Below are positions 9,269-22,740 of a stretch of 64,000 nucleotides of DNA, piece by piece. A program made the position numbers and the translations under genes. The first letter of the stretch is position 1. Each line of letters starts with the position of its first letter. Source of the DNA: Candidatus Poriferihabitaceae bacterium (GTDB taxonomy: Bacteria > Pseudomonadota > Gammaproteobacteria > Arenicellales > Poriferihabitantaceae); the NCBI GenBank assembly GCA_965237995.1, contig CBDEGO010000003.1, positions 45,463-109,462 of the forward strand. Reading direction: 5' to 3'. The notes below the pieces were generated by a model. It made no database searches. It saw nothing but the letters and a program-made list of their open reading frames with translations, and had not been told where the DNA came from.

Positions 9269-10573
9269 ATGCCTGATTGGAACATCCCACTAGCCGAAAG
9301 AATGCGCCCAACTACGGTGCAGGAAGTAATTGGCCAGTCGCACTTACTTAAACCAGATCAACCCTTGTTTAGAGCCCTAAACGGGCAGCATCTACATTCT
9401 ATGGTGCTATGGGGGCCACCTGGAACAGGGAAAACGACCTTGGCGCGTATAGCGGCAACAATCAGCGAAGCAGATTTTTTTACTTTGTCAGCGGTTTCCA
9501 GTGGGGTAAAGGATATTCGCCGAGTTGTTGATGCAGCGACGATCAACCGCAGTTATTCCAAGCAGTCGGTGTTGTTCATCGACGAAGTGCATCGCTTCAA
9601 CAAAAGCCAGCAAGATACATTCTTACCGTATGTAGAAGATGGTACTATCGTGCTAATAGGCGCCACTACCGAAAACCCTGCGTTTGAACTGAACAATGCG
9701 TTACTATCTCGGGCGCGTGTGTATGTGTTGCAGTCACTAAGTAACGCGGACTTACAGCAGCTCATTGATGCAGCGCTACAGCAACCCCGTGGTCTGGCAG
9801 ATTTGAGCGTAACCATAGACGCAACAGCGCTTAAATTATTAGCCGAAGCCAGTGATGGTGATGCGAGGCGCTGTTTAGGCTTTCTTGAAACCGCAGCAGA
9901 TTTGGCGTCGCAAGAAAGTGATAAAGTTATTACTCAACAGCATATTGAAGCGGTTATCACTCGCCGAATGGCGCATTTTGATAAAGGGGGTGACCACTTC
10001 TACGATCAAATTTCCGCTTTGCATAAAGCGGTGCGCGGCTCTAGCATTGATGCTTCACTTTATTGGGCGGCGCGAATGCTAGAAGGAGGCGTTGACCCAC
10101 ATTACTTAATGCGCAGAGTCGTCAGGATAGCGAGTGAAGATATTGGCAACGCCGATCCGCGCGCGTTATCAATTGCTATCGACGCTTGGCAAGCATTTGA
10201 TCGATTAGGCAAAGCTGAGGGAGAGTTAGCCATTATGCAAGCCATTGGTTATCTAGCTGCAGCACCTAAAAGTAATGCGATTTACCAAGCGGCAAAGGCT
10301 GCGATGGCGTTGGCAAAAGAAACGCCAGCGGCCGCTGTCCCCAACCACTTGCGTAACGCACCGACCCAATTAGCCAAGTCAATGGGCCACGGTGAGCATT
10401 ATCGTTATTCTCATGACGAGCCAGATAGTTTTAGCGCAGGGCAAACCTATTTCCCTCAAGAAGTTGGAGAGCGTCGTATTTATAAGGCTAAACAAGCTGG
10501 ACTAGAGATCAAAATTGGTGAGCGCATACGCTATTTGGATCAGCTAACCGATAACGAAAAGGGGAGAGACTGA
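9269..10573 (+). CDS. rarA: replication-associated recombination protein A (AAA+ ATPase)
   Basis: Walker A GPPGTGKTT, Walker B region LFIDEVHRFNK, and a C-terminal MgsA-type helical domain. lolA-rarA synteny. Confidence 0.9.
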   Translation: MPDWNIPLAERMRPTTVQEVIGQSHLLKPDQPLFRALNGQHLHSMVLWGPPGTGKTTLARIAATISEADFFTLSAVSSGVKDIRRVVDAATINRSYSKQSVLFIDEVHRFNKSQQDTFLPYVEDGTIVLIGATTENPAFELNNALLSRARVYVLQSLSNADLQQLIDAALQQPRGLADLSVTIDATALKLLAEASDGDARRCLGFLETAADLASQESDKVITQQHIEAVITRRMAHFDKGGDHFYDQISALHKAVRGSSIDASLYWAARMLEGGVDPHYLMRRVVRIASEDIGNADPRALSIAIDAWQAFDRLGKAEGELAIMQAIGYLAAAPKSNAIYQAAKAAMALAKETPAAAVPNHLRNAPTQLAKSMGHGEHYRYSHDEPDSFSAGQTYFPQEVGERRIYKAKQAGLEIKIGERIRYLDQLTDNEKGRD

Positions 10574-10576
10574 AAC

Positions 10577-10957
10577 ATGCAAAGTATTTTAGCGGTTGCG
10601 GTTGGCGGTGCAATAGGTTCAGTGGGGCGTTTTTTACTTAGTAGCTACATTAGTAAACAGAGCAATCACTTTATTCCGTTTGGGACATTAAGTGTAAATA
10701 TTATAGGATCATTTATAATAGGCGTTGTATGGATTTGGCTGGAAAGTAAGCAAGTCAGCGGGCAGTTAACACGTCAGTTTGTGATGATAGGTTTGTTGGG
10801 CGGTTTCACCACTTTTTCTACTTTCTCGCTTGAAACCATCCAATTAATACATGATTCACAATGGATTGCGGCGCTTGCCAATATGGCGGCCAACTTAATA
10901 GCATGTCTTGCGATGGTCGCAATCGGCATTTTTGTAGGTAAACTTTTAACTGCTTAA
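10577..10957 (+). CDS. crcB: fluoride channel CrcB/FluC
   Basis: 126 aa with four TM helices and the GGFTTFSTF motif. Confidence 0.9.
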   Translation: MQSILAVAVGGAIGSVGRFLLSSYISKQSNHFIPFGTLSVNIIGSFIIGVVWIWLESKQVSGQLTRQFVMIGLLGGFTTFSTFSLETIQLIHDSQWIAALANMAANLIACLAMVAIGIFVGKLLTA

Positions 10958-12250
<1,293 letters not shown>

Positions 12251-12261
12251 TTAGCTACAAA

Positions 12262-12987
12262 ATGACTGGAGCGACCAACAATCCGCTATTTTTAGTAACG
12301 GGAGCCCGCTCAGGTATTGGTCGTGCGGTTAGCGAAGCCTTGTTGGCTGCTGGTTATGAAGTAGTCGGTGTATCACGTGCTATCAATGAACAACCCATAG
12401 AGCACGAGCGGTTTAACGCAATTGAACTTGACCTGTCAAACATCGCTCAGATTGAGCAAGAAGCCAAGAAAATTAGTACATTTTCTGCACAAAAGGGAGG
12501 TCTCTCAGGGGCGATTTTTTGCGCAGGCAAAGGTACGTTCGGTTTTCTAGAGCAACTTTCAACCAAACAGATTAAAGACTTGATCGATTTGAATTTGACC
12601 AGTCAGATTGTACTAACCAAGCAACTGATTAATCAGTTTAAACAGCAAAAGAAAGGTTTGCTGGTTTATATGGGATCTGAGGCCGGCTTACGCGGTGGAC
12701 GTCAAGGCAGCATCTACTGCTCCTCTAAGTTTGGATTGCGCGGCTTTGTGCAAGCCTTGAATGAGGAGTGCGGCGTGTCTGGAGTACGGGCAACGATCAT
12801 TAACCCTGGAATGGTAGATACTCCATTTTTTGACGATCTACACTTTGCTCCGGGCCAACACACTAATAATAGCATTGACCCTAAAACGATAGCCGATTTG
12901 GTGGTGAATTTAGCTCAAATGCCACCTGAAACGGTTGTCGATGAAATCACATTATCTCCTAGAACGCGAGTCGTGGACAAAAAGTAG
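12262..12987 (+). CDS. SDR-family oxidoreductase
   Basis: TGARSGIGRA nucleotide-binding motif and YCSSK catalytic Tyr/Lys. Confidence 0.85.
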   Translation: MTGATNNPLFLVTGARSGIGRAVSEALLAAGYEVVGVSRAINEQPIEHERFNAIELDLSNIAQIEQEAKKISTFSAQKGGLSGAIFCAGKGTFGFLEQLSTKQIKDLIDLNLTSQIVLTKQLINQFKQQKKGLLVYMGSEAGLRGGRQGSIYCSSKFGLRGFVQALNEECGVSGVRATIINPGMVDTPFFDDLHFAPGQHTNNSIDPKTIADLVVNLAQMPPETVVDEITLSPRTRVVDKK

Positions 12988-13146
12988 CTGGTAGCCATCA
13001 TGGGGTGGGGTTTATACTGGTGAGCGACTATAAGATGGGCTAATTTTTAGCTTATCGTGCTATTATCCGCCTGTTTTGAAAAGCGATAGAGCACCCGATT
13101 TTGCCTGCCAGTATGACAGGCTTTTTCTTTATATAAATAGGACGCA

Positions 13147-16100
13147 ATGCGGCTAAAAAACATATCCGTCTCAGGCTTTAAATCTTTTGTAGATGTTACT
13201 AAAGTAACATTTTCAGGGGAGCTGGTCGGTGTGGTTGGGCCAAACGGATGCGGTAAATCAAACGTGATTGACGCAGTGCGTTGGGTAATGGGCGAGTCGT
13301 CTGCAAAGATGTTGCGCGGTGATTCAATGGAAGACGTCATTTTTAACGGTTCAGCCTCACGTAAACCCGTCGGGCGCTGCTCCGTGGAGCTACTGTTCGA
13401 TAATAGCTTAGGCCGTGTCAAAAGCGCTTACAAAGATTTTGCGCAAATTGCTATCAAACGTATCCTAACGCGAGATGGGAAATCTGAGTACCGTATCAAC
13501 GATAAAAAAGTTCGGCGTAAAGATGTGGTGGACTTATTTCGTGGCACTGGCTTAGGGCCGCGTTCGTATTCAATTATTGAACAAGGCATGGTTAGCCGTA
13601 TCGTAGAGGCCAAGCCCGAAGATTTGCGCTCGTACGTGGAAGAAGCAGCGGGGATTTCAAAATATAAAGACCGGCGGCGCGAGACTGAAACGCGCATTCG
13701 CCAGACGCGAGAGAACATCGAGCGCAGTGAAGATATCCGTAGCGAGTTATTGGCACAGTTAAGGCGGTTAAAAAGGCAAGCGCAAGCGGCAGAGCGGTTT
13801 AAAAACTTGCAAGCGCAAAAGCGAGAGCAAATGGCGATTTTTTTCAAACTAAGAGAAGCACAAATTGCTAATCAGTTTGATGAGGACCAAAAAAAGCTAG
13901 ATTTAGCAACCAACGAGTATGAAAAGACAATCGCGAATCAGCGTGAATTGGAAAGTAAAATAGAAGCGGCGCGTGCAGGCCAAGGCCAATCTCAAGACGA
14001 GGTCAATCAAATACAAGCTGAGTTTTACCAAACCGGTTCAACGGTGTCTCAGCTCGAACAACAAATTGAACATATCAAGAGCACCCACACACAACGGGTT
14101 GCTGAATTAGCTGATCTTGAATTGTCTCTTCAAACCATCAATGAGCAATTAGCTACTGATCAAGGCCGTGCGGAACGGTTACAAATTGAAACGGATACAG
14201 CGACTCCTAATTTGCTAGCCTTACAGCAACAAATGCAGTCTAGCGCAGAAAGTTTAGTGCAAGCTCAACGGCAACTGAGAGAATGGCAAAGCCAACAAAC
14301 GCAGCAAAATGCTGAATTCCAAAATGCGGAGGCGAATCGGCAAGTTCAACAAACACTGATTAACCAACTGACCAGTCAGCGAGATAGGGTCTCCGCACGA
14401 GTTGAGCAGCTACAATCTGAGCAAACACAGCTTGGTGGGCAGTTGCAAAGTGCTGATTTTGACGCAGTTAAATTAGCATTTTCTACCCAAGAAAGTCGTT
14501 TACTTGAAATCGAACAGCAAATTACAGAAGTTAAAAAGCAGCTTGATACGCATGGGGCGAATGTGCAACAAACGCAATCGCAATTATCTGATCAGCGCAC
14601 ACTGAGCCAAACGTATCAATCACGCTTAGCGTCGTTGCAAGAATTTCAACAAGCTTCTTTGCATCACACAGACAGTCAATATCAGCAGTGGTTGGCATCA
14701 CAAGGCCTAGACGAAGCCGATATCTTAGCTAACAGAGTAACGGTTTCACCTGGCTGGCAACGCGCTGCTGACCGTGTGCTGAGCCCCTTTTTTCAATCAG
14801 TAATTGATACTAAAGAAGAACACCAAATTTGGAACCAATTGCCAGAACAAGCTATTACCTTGTTTTCTGCTAAACAAAATAATGATGCTGTATCTCGGTC
14901 ATTTGGTTTGCCTGCCTTAAGTGATTTGATTGAAGTGGAAGGAGTTAATCTCGATGGTGTGTTGTCAGGGTTTTACGCCGCAAAATCATTAGAGCAAGCA
15001 CAGAATCTACGCAATCAGCTACAAGGTAATGAAGTCATTGTGTGCCAATCAGGCACAATGTACGGAGTGAATTGGGTGAGCCACGCCAGCGAGTCTGCGA
15101 TGAACACGGGCTATTTAGTGCGAGAAGAAGAAATTGCCTCTTTAAGCCAGCAGGTAGAGCAAGCCGAGTCGCGTGTGCAGTCGCTAAGTGCGCAGCTCGA
15201 TAGTGGTCAACAAACTCAAGCAGAATTTGAGCAACAGTTAAGTCAATTACGCAACCAGCAACAAGATCAAGGGCAAGAATTATCGAATAAGCGCAATGAG
15301 CTAACAAAATTAGACACGCAAACGGCGCATACCCAAACTATGTTGGCGAATATTCAAACAGAATTGCATCAACTTGGAGCATTACAGAACGAAGAGCAAG
15401 CGAAGTTGAACCAAGCCAAAGAAGATTTGGAACTAGCACAACAACATATCGCAACGGCTAGCCAAGTTAAGGCTACGCTGGATCAACAAGGTGATGAGCT
15501 AAAACAGGTGGTCGCTCAAGAAGAAGAATCTAATCGCACTACGCAGCAATTGTTTAACGAAAGCAATTTAAATAAGGCGCGCCTTGAAACAGAATTAAAC
15601 TCCGTTAAAACAGGGGTTGATAGATTACAAACGCAGCGCGAGCAGTTGTTAGTGCGTAAAGGGGATGTCGACGCTAAATTAAATGATAGCAGTAACCCCG
15701 TAGAGGCATTAGAGCAGCAACTAGAAGAAAACTTGGCGCTACGACAAAAAGTCGAAACTCGGTTAATTTCCGCCAGAGAAAGTATGGCAGGGCAAGATAA
15801 TCAATTACGTGAGTTGCAAGGCCAGCTAGGCCACTGCATTCAAGAAGTGAATGTCGCGCGTGGTGCAACGGAAGACCTACGTGTTGCGCAGCAAGGGCAA
15901 GAAGTGCGCAAGCAAACCTTGGTTGAGGAAGCCAGTCGAGAAGGTTACAACACCCACGAGATAGCCTTGGAAGATGATTTCATTACCATAGAGGCTTGTG
16001 AAGAACTGATCGCTAATATTGATCGTAAAATCAGTATGGTGGGCGCGGTTAATTTGGTAGCCATTGAAGAATTTGAAACGCAAACCGAGCGAGCTGAATA

Positions 16101-16653
16101 TCTTGACCGCCAACACCAAGATCTAGAAAAAGCGCTAGAAACGCTTGAACAGGTTATTCGTAAAATTGATAAAGAAACGCGGGTGCGCTTTGAAGAAACT
16201 TACACTGCGCTTGAAAAATCGTTTTCTGATTACTTCCCGAAACTGTTTGGAGGAGGGCGCGCGTCTCTTCGTTTAACTAGCGATGATTGGCTAACAACCG
16301 GTATTACAGTGGTTGCGCAGCCTCCGGGCAAACGCAACAGCACCATTCATTTATTATCAGGTGGCGAAAAAGCACTAACCGCTGTGGCTTTACTCTTTGC
16401 ATTATTTGAGTTGAACCCTGCTCCATTTTGTATGATGGATGAGGTAGATGCGCCATTAGACGACGCCAATGTTGAGCGTTTTTGTGATACTTTAAAGACC
16501 TTGAGTCAAAGAGCGCAAATTATCGTGATTACCCACAACAAGATTACTATGCAGGTGGCGAATAGTTTAATTGGTGTTACTCAGAACGAACCAGGCGTTT
16601 CGCGTGTGGTCACTGTGGATGTTGATCAAGCTATGAGCATGGTAGACAACTAA
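13147..16653 (+). CDS. smc: chromosome segregation protein SMC
   Basis: Walker A GPNGCGKSN, about 900 aa of Q/E-rich coiled coil with a central hinge, signature LSGGEKALTAVALLFA, and Walker B FCMMDEVDAPLD. Confidence 0.95.
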   Translation: MRLKNISVSGFKSFVDVTKVTFSGELVGVVGPNGCGKSNVIDAVRWVMGESSAKMLRGDSMEDVIFNGSASRKPVGRCSVELLFDNSLGRVKSAYKDFAQIAIKRILTRDGKSEYRINDKKVRRKDVVDLFRGTGLGPRSYSIIEQGMVSRIVEAKPEDLRSYVEEAAGISKYKDRRRETETRIRQTRENIERSEDIRSELLAQLRRLKRQAQAAERFKNLQAQKREQMAIFFKLREAQIANQFDEDQKKLDLATNEYEKTIANQRELESKIEAARAGQGQSQDEVNQIQAEFYQTGSTVSQLEQQIEHIKSTHTQRVAELADLELSLQTINEQLATDQGRAERLQIETDTATPNLLALQQQMQSSAESLVQAQRQLREWQSQQTQQNAEFQNAEANRQVQQTLINQLTSQRDRVSARVEQLQSEQTQLGGQLQSADFDAVKLAFSTQESRLLEIEQQITEVKKQLDTHGANVQQTQSQLSDQRTLSQTYQSRLASLQEFQQASLHHTDSQYQQWLASQGLDEADILANRVTVSPGWQRAADRVLSPFFQSVIDTKEEHQIWNQLPEQAITLFSAKQNNDAVSRSFGLPALSDLIEVEGVNLDGVLSGFYAAKSLEQAQNLRNQLQGNEVIVCQSGTMYGVNWVSHASESAMNTGYLVREEEIASLSQQVEQAESRVQSLSAQLDSGQQTQAEFEQQLSQLRNQQQDQGQELSNKRNELTKLDTQTAHTQTMLANIQTELHQLGALQNEEQAKLNQAKEDLELAQQHIATASQVKATLDQQGDELKQVVAQEEESNRTTQQLFNESNLNKARLETELNSVKTGVDRLQTQREQLLVRKGDVDAKLNDSSNPVEALEQQLEENLALRQKVETRLISARESMAGQDNQLRELQGQLGHCIQEVNVARGATEDLRVAQQGQEVRKQTLVEEASREGYNTHEIALEDDFITIEACEELIANIDRKISMVGAVNLVAIEEFETQTERAEYLDRQHQDLEKALETLEQVIRKIDKETRVRFEETYTALEKSFSDYFPKLFGGGRASLRLTSDDWLTTGITVVAQPPGKRNSTIHLLSGGEKALTAVALLFALFELNPAPFCMMDEVDAPLDDANVERFCDTLKTLSQRAQIIVITHNKITMQVANSLIGVTQNEPGVSRVVTVDVDQAMSMVDN

Positions 16654-16717
16654 TGCGTGATTCTGCGGCAGATACAGATATTCATTCTTTCAACCCTATT
16701 TTATTTTTGAAATAGTT

Positions 16718-18175
16718 ATGGATTTACAGCTTGCCTTATTGCTTTCAGGAATTGCGCTTATTGCTTTAGTGGTAATGGCTAGTTTGCTTCCTTCCACTAA
16801 TTTCAAGTTCAAAGATTTGCTCGCGCGCTTTAAAAAGCCGGAAAGAGCTGCGAAGTCTGGATTAAGAGACTCTTCTGTTGCTCCGCGCTTTGATGCTGAT
16901 GACGCTGCTCTGCTTGGTGAGGAAGAATTAATTGATGAGCACGATACTTTTTTCGACACGCCGTTAACTAATGATTCTCAGTTCGATCCACGTTCAATTG
17001 ATGCTGAGTCATTTATATCCTCAGACGATAACCAAGTTACAGACGAAAGAGAAGTCGTTACGACTGAAACCTATGCGGAAGAAATTGCTGAGCAAATGCA
17101 AAGGCCCACTTTTCAAGAGGTCATGTATGACCGCGATATACAGAGGCAAACTATCGTCGCTGAACAAGAGGTGGCTACGGACAATGATAGTTTAGATGAC
17201 ACTGATCTCAATGCAGTAAGCGCGATGGAAGCAGAGTTAGAAACTGAATCGCAATATGTAGCGTCAGAGCAGACTAAGGAACAGTCTTATGACTCCAATG
17301 ATCAAACTGGTCCGGAGATGCATATTACGCCAACCGAGACATTTACTAGTTTGCGACAAATTGATTATTGGGTAAAACTTGTATGTAGCTCTCCACACTC
17401 ATTAAGTGAAGTGCAATCTGAGTTTACTAAGTTTACTGACGCTACTCATTTGAATCAGCAAGTACATGTGCTTAATCAACAAGATAGGCAATGGCACGCT
17501 CTTGAGTTGCTTTCTAATGATGCAACATTTAACGAATTGGTTATTAGCGTTCAATTATTAGACAATGGCCAGCCTATCTCTAGCTCGCAGCTAAATGCAT
17601 TTGTTGCGAATGTAGACGCACTAGCAGATGATATTGGCGCGCAAACGCAATACCTATCACCGTCAGCGGAAGCAGCGATTCAGTCGTCCAATTTGGCGAG
17701 TTTGTACGCTAATTGCCAAGGCGTCATTGACGCCTCGATAACCAGCTCAGATGGCCAACCGTTGTACGGAAAGTTAATCGAATCAAGTGCAAAAATGCAG
17801 GGACTTGATTATTTAGACGGAGCCTACGCTCGTATTAAACAAATGGGCAATCGGCAAATTGTCTTATACCGATTGGTTTCAAGTGAAGGTATTAACTTCA
17901 CGGATGTATTGAGTTCGAATTTGCAACTATCAGCTGTTAAATTCGTGATGAACCCTGCAACTTCCGAGCACCCTGGTCGAGTGGTCAAAGAGATGTTGGA
18001 TGCGGCGAAAGCGTTCGCGTCACGTGTCAACGGTGATTTAAATCTCATCGAAGGCGTTGAATATCACCAAGATCAGTTGCGACAAATTCGCGACCAAGTC
18101 AGCAAAATAGAAGCTAAAATGGAGAAAGTAGGCTTGCCCGCTGGCAGCGCTGAAGCGTTACGGTTATTTTCATAA
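16718..18175 (+). CDS. zipA: cell division protein ZipA
   Basis: N-terminal TM anchor (LALLLSGIALIALVVMA), a long acidic linker and a globular C-terminal domain. Conserved smc-zipA-ligA order. Confidence 0.7.
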   Translation: MDLQLALLLSGIALIALVVMASLLPSTNFKFKDLLARFKKPERAAKSGLRDSSVAPRFDADDAALLGEEELIDEHDTFFDTPLTNDSQFDPRSIDAESFISSDDNQVTDEREVVTTETYAEEIAEQMQRPTFQEVMYDRDIQRQTIVAEQEVATDNDSLDDTDLNAVSAMEAELETESQYVASEQTKEQSYDSNDQTGPEMHITPTETFTSLRQIDYWVKLVCSSPHSLSEVQSEFTKFTDATHLNQQVHVLNQQDRQWHALELLSNDATFNELVISVQLLDNGQPISSSQLNAFVANVDALADDIGAQTQYLSPSAEAAIQSSNLASLYANCQGVIDASITSSDGQPLYGKLIESSAKMQGLDYLDGAYARIKQMGNRQIVLYRLVSSEGINFTDVLSSNLQLSAVKFVMNPATSEHPGRVVKEMLDAAKAFASRVNGDLNLIEGVEYHQDQLRQIRDQVSKIEAKMEKVGLPAGSAEALRLFS

Positions 18176-20212
<2,037 letters not shown>

Positions 20213-20575
20213 GGTAATTAGTGCTTTGTGCATTGGAAGGATTAGTGCTGAATTGGATGCTTAACTCGTATTAATGACGAAGGTGATAGACTACTACCTA
20301 GCAATGTAAAACCTGTCGTTGCTTAGGCGTTTACAGTGAATCAAGGGGGATATATGGGATTTTTCCAAAACAAAAAACGTTATAAATTTGTAATGAGATG
20401 TCTACCTGCTCGTGAAGATTGAAGATAGACATCGGTGTAAATTTATCTGGTAAGACGGGCATTGTTATTAATCTGGCTGAACCACATCGTGAATAGTGTT
20501 CAACCCGAGTTCTATGAGCTTTTATAACGAAGTTAACGCTAAACAGATAATTTTTTAAATTAACGAGATATTTTT

Positions 20576-21535
20576 ATGAAAACATGCCTATTGCAATTTT
20601 TAGTACTTTTATCATATGCAACTATGTATCACTCTAATGCTGCACCTCCTGATGTGCTAAATCAGGAAGTTATGGAATTAGTAAAAGGGCATGATTACTA
20701 TGGAGCTATCATTAAAGCAAAAAGTCTTAATGCAAACGAAGATAAAGCAAAAATATATAGCTTTCTAGAGGAGACTATTCACGACAGTTTGTATGTGACT
20801 GGCTATGAGAGTAAGATCATAGAACGAGGTGTTGGTGACACAACAACTCTATCAGAAATAGGTTTGGATGGAGTCAAGGTCGTAGAAAAAAATAAAAACC
20901 ATCGGTCCATAATGAATGAAGTATTAAACTATCGTCTTAGCCGCAAATTAGATTTAGATCTTGTTCCTGTTGTTGTACATAGAGATACAGATGTAGCTTC
21001 TTACTATATAGAAGGCGCTATGAGGTTTGATGGAAGTACTTCTGCTACATCTCAAATGAAAATTTGGGGATATTTAACAGCAGAAGCAGATATTAATTCT
21101 AATAATATTCTTCATATTAACTCAGGAGATTGGGAGAAGTATACTGTAGCTCTTATTGATCATGAAAATAGCTTTGATTTGAGTCCGATGTATGAAATAG
21201 GCTCCATTAAGAAAGAAGATGTACGGTTATTCTTTGGAGATGTAAATTCATGGAGTAAATTTGAACAATTTGCGATCGATGATTCAAGTGCATGGATGGG
21301 AGATTTAGAGAGTGCGGTTGATGAAAATCTGTCACCTGGTCTTTTAGTCCGGGTAAAGGAGTTGAGATCAAAAGTTATAACAATGATGGAACTCGAAAAG
21401 CAAACACCCGACACATTTTTTTCAGAACTCTTTGTAAATGCTCGAAAGTCAAGCCAACAGGCTCGGGTGACGAGTCAGGTAGCAGATGAAAGCAACCCAT
21501 TTGAAGGGAACATATCACAATTCTGCTACGAGTGA
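20576..21535 (+). CDS. secreted hypothetical protein with protein-kinase-like catalytic motifs
   Basis: Signal peptide MKTCLLQFLVLLSYATMYHSNA, candidate beta3 Lys (GVKVVEK), candidate catalytic loop ADINSNNIL (D-x4-N) and a DFG-like LIDHENSF. The gene is visibly AT-rich. Confidence 0.5.
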   Translation: MKTCLLQFLVLLSYATMYHSNAAPPDVLNQEVMELVKGHDYYGAIIKAKSLNANEDKAKIYSFLEETIHDSLYVTGYESKIIERGVGDTTTLSEIGLDGVKVVEKNKNHRSIMNEVLNYRLSRKLDLDLVPVVVHRDTDVASYYIEGAMRFDGSTSATSQMKIWGYLTAEADINSNNILHINSGDWEKYTVALIDHENSFDLSPMYEIGSIKKEDVRLFFGDVNSWSKFEQFAIDDSSAWMGDLESAVDENLSPGLLVRVKELRSKVITMMELEKQTPDTFFSELFVNARKSSQQARVTSQVADESNPFEGNISQFCYE

Positions 21536-22683
21536 TTGAATCGCGCGACCCTATGAAAAAGGCCGTCGGACAAGCCAAAATTACTATATCCGTTATCTTG
21601 CGAGCCCAAGGTTATCACTGTAATTAACAACCCTAGTATTAGCGCTACGGTAAAAGCGATTTTCATCCAACTCCATGGTCGGTCACCTTGTACTTCACCC
21701 GTACGCCCATTCACGACAAATTGATAAGTTTTTCGTCTAAACCTAAACCCTGCGATCCAAAATGGCAGCAAACAATGCTTGAAGCTGACATTATTATATT
21801 GGGTGCGGGTTTGATGTATACGCTGCTGATCGCCCCCAATGTCTCGGCGAATCGATTGCGCAATATAAGGGCTTAGCCGGCGCTGTGCGATGGCGAAACC
21901 ATCGTCTAGGTCTGTTTGGTAGACTTCACTACGAAAACCGCTTAAAAACTCTTCTTGAAATGGGCGCAAGTTGTTTAAGTCCCAAGGTGCGAGTTCTCGA
22001 GATAGTTCGCGTGGCAGGGTGTTGCTTGCATAAATAAGTGTATCGTCAAAGCGATTAGACACGCGCCCGCGAATCGGTCGCCAACGCACTTCAGGAACCA
22101 TCTGAACTTGCGTGGTCCAGCGACCATTTATTTGCACGCGCACACGCCGTCGCACATGGTGCACGTCACCACGCTCACCACTATATTCAGTATCAGTGTT
22201 GCAGTCGTACGTCCAATAGGGCACGTATACGCCGTTTATGCCTTGGTCTTGCTTAGCATATTTTTTTATTTTATTTGGCGCAAACCATAAGCGCTTTATC
22301 CAAGATTTATACGCTTCCTGCGCTTCTTTGGCATTGATCGCAAAGGGTAATAGTGATTTAGGTTCGATAACGCGATGTTCGGCGCTATCCAATACAAAGG
22401 TAGTGCCACAAAATGGGCAATCATCTGCATGAATATTAGTGTCGACTTTAGTTTGCGCACCGCAAGCTTCGCATTCGCGCGTCATGTGTACCGCTTTAGG
22501 TGAAGCTAGAGGCAGGTTCTTTAGAGTCGCATGATAATCATATTCGTGAATGGGCTCATGCGATTCCTGAATGTTATGCTGATTGCCGCAGTGGGTACAT
22601 TGCATCTGCAAAGTGCCGGGCAGATAATCAAGTTGACTACCACATTGGATGCAGGGAAAGGTATGCGCGTTATCACTAACCAT
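21526..22683 (-). CDS. double zinc-ribbon membrane protein (YdjG-like)
   Basis: Two CxxC...CxxC ribbons (CIQCGS...CTHCGN; CEACGA...CPFCGT) and a C-terminal TM helix (IAFTVALILGLLITVITLG). Last gene of the XpaC-TelA-SPFH operon. Confidence 0.6.
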   Translation of the reverse strand: MVSDNAHTFPCIQCGSQLDYLPGTLQMQCTHCGNQHNIQESHEPIHEYDYHATLKNLPLASPKAVHMTRECEACGAQTKVDTNIHADDCPFCGTTFVLDSAEHRVIEPKSLLPFAINAKEAQEAYKSWIKRLWFAPNKIKKYAKQDQGINGVYVPYWTYDCNTDTEYSGERGDVHHVRRRVRVQINGRWTTQVQMVPEVRWRPIRGRVSNRFDDTLIYASNTLPRELSRELAPWDLNNLRPFQEEFLSGFRSEVYQTDLDDGFAIAQRRLSPYIAQSIRRDIGGDQQRIHQTRTQYNNVSFKHCLLPFWIAGFRFRRKTYQFVVNGRTGEVQGDRPWSWMKIAFTVALILGLLITVITLGSQDNGYSNFGLSDGLFHRVARFNHS

Positions 22684-22740
22684 TGTGATTTGGCTAAAAT
22701 AGTGGGTGCTTGCCTAGGGCGACTAGGCTTTGTCTATGTG

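Noticed and set aside
10574-10576. Fluoride riboswitch upstream of crcB.
   Set aside because: Only 3 nt separate the rarA stop from the crcB start, so there is no room for a riboswitch. No crcB-motif-like sequence was seen upstream of rarA either.
13428-13847. Long antisense or overlapping ORFs in the track. Examples: 13428..13847 and 15035..15307 inside smc, 19063..19569 and 19579..20112 inside ligA, 3078..3497 inside the MscS gene, 58367..58878 inside the multicopper oxidase gene, and 45241..45657 spanning two genes.
   Set aside because: They lie entirely within, or antisense to, genes with strong motif support. Their compositions are low-complexity or biased (Ser/Arg/Cys-rich), typical of shadow frames, and they have no recognisable motifs.
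20354-20422. 22-codon ORF (MGFFQNKKRYKFVMRCLPARED) with a good Shine-Dalgarno sequence (AAGGGGGA) in the ligA-downstream spacer, overlapping an 8-bp inverted repeat (GATGTCTA...TAGACATC).
   Set aside because: It is too short to support from sequence alone, with no recognisable family, and could be a chance ORF. Worth a look only if ribosome profiling or conservation data exist.
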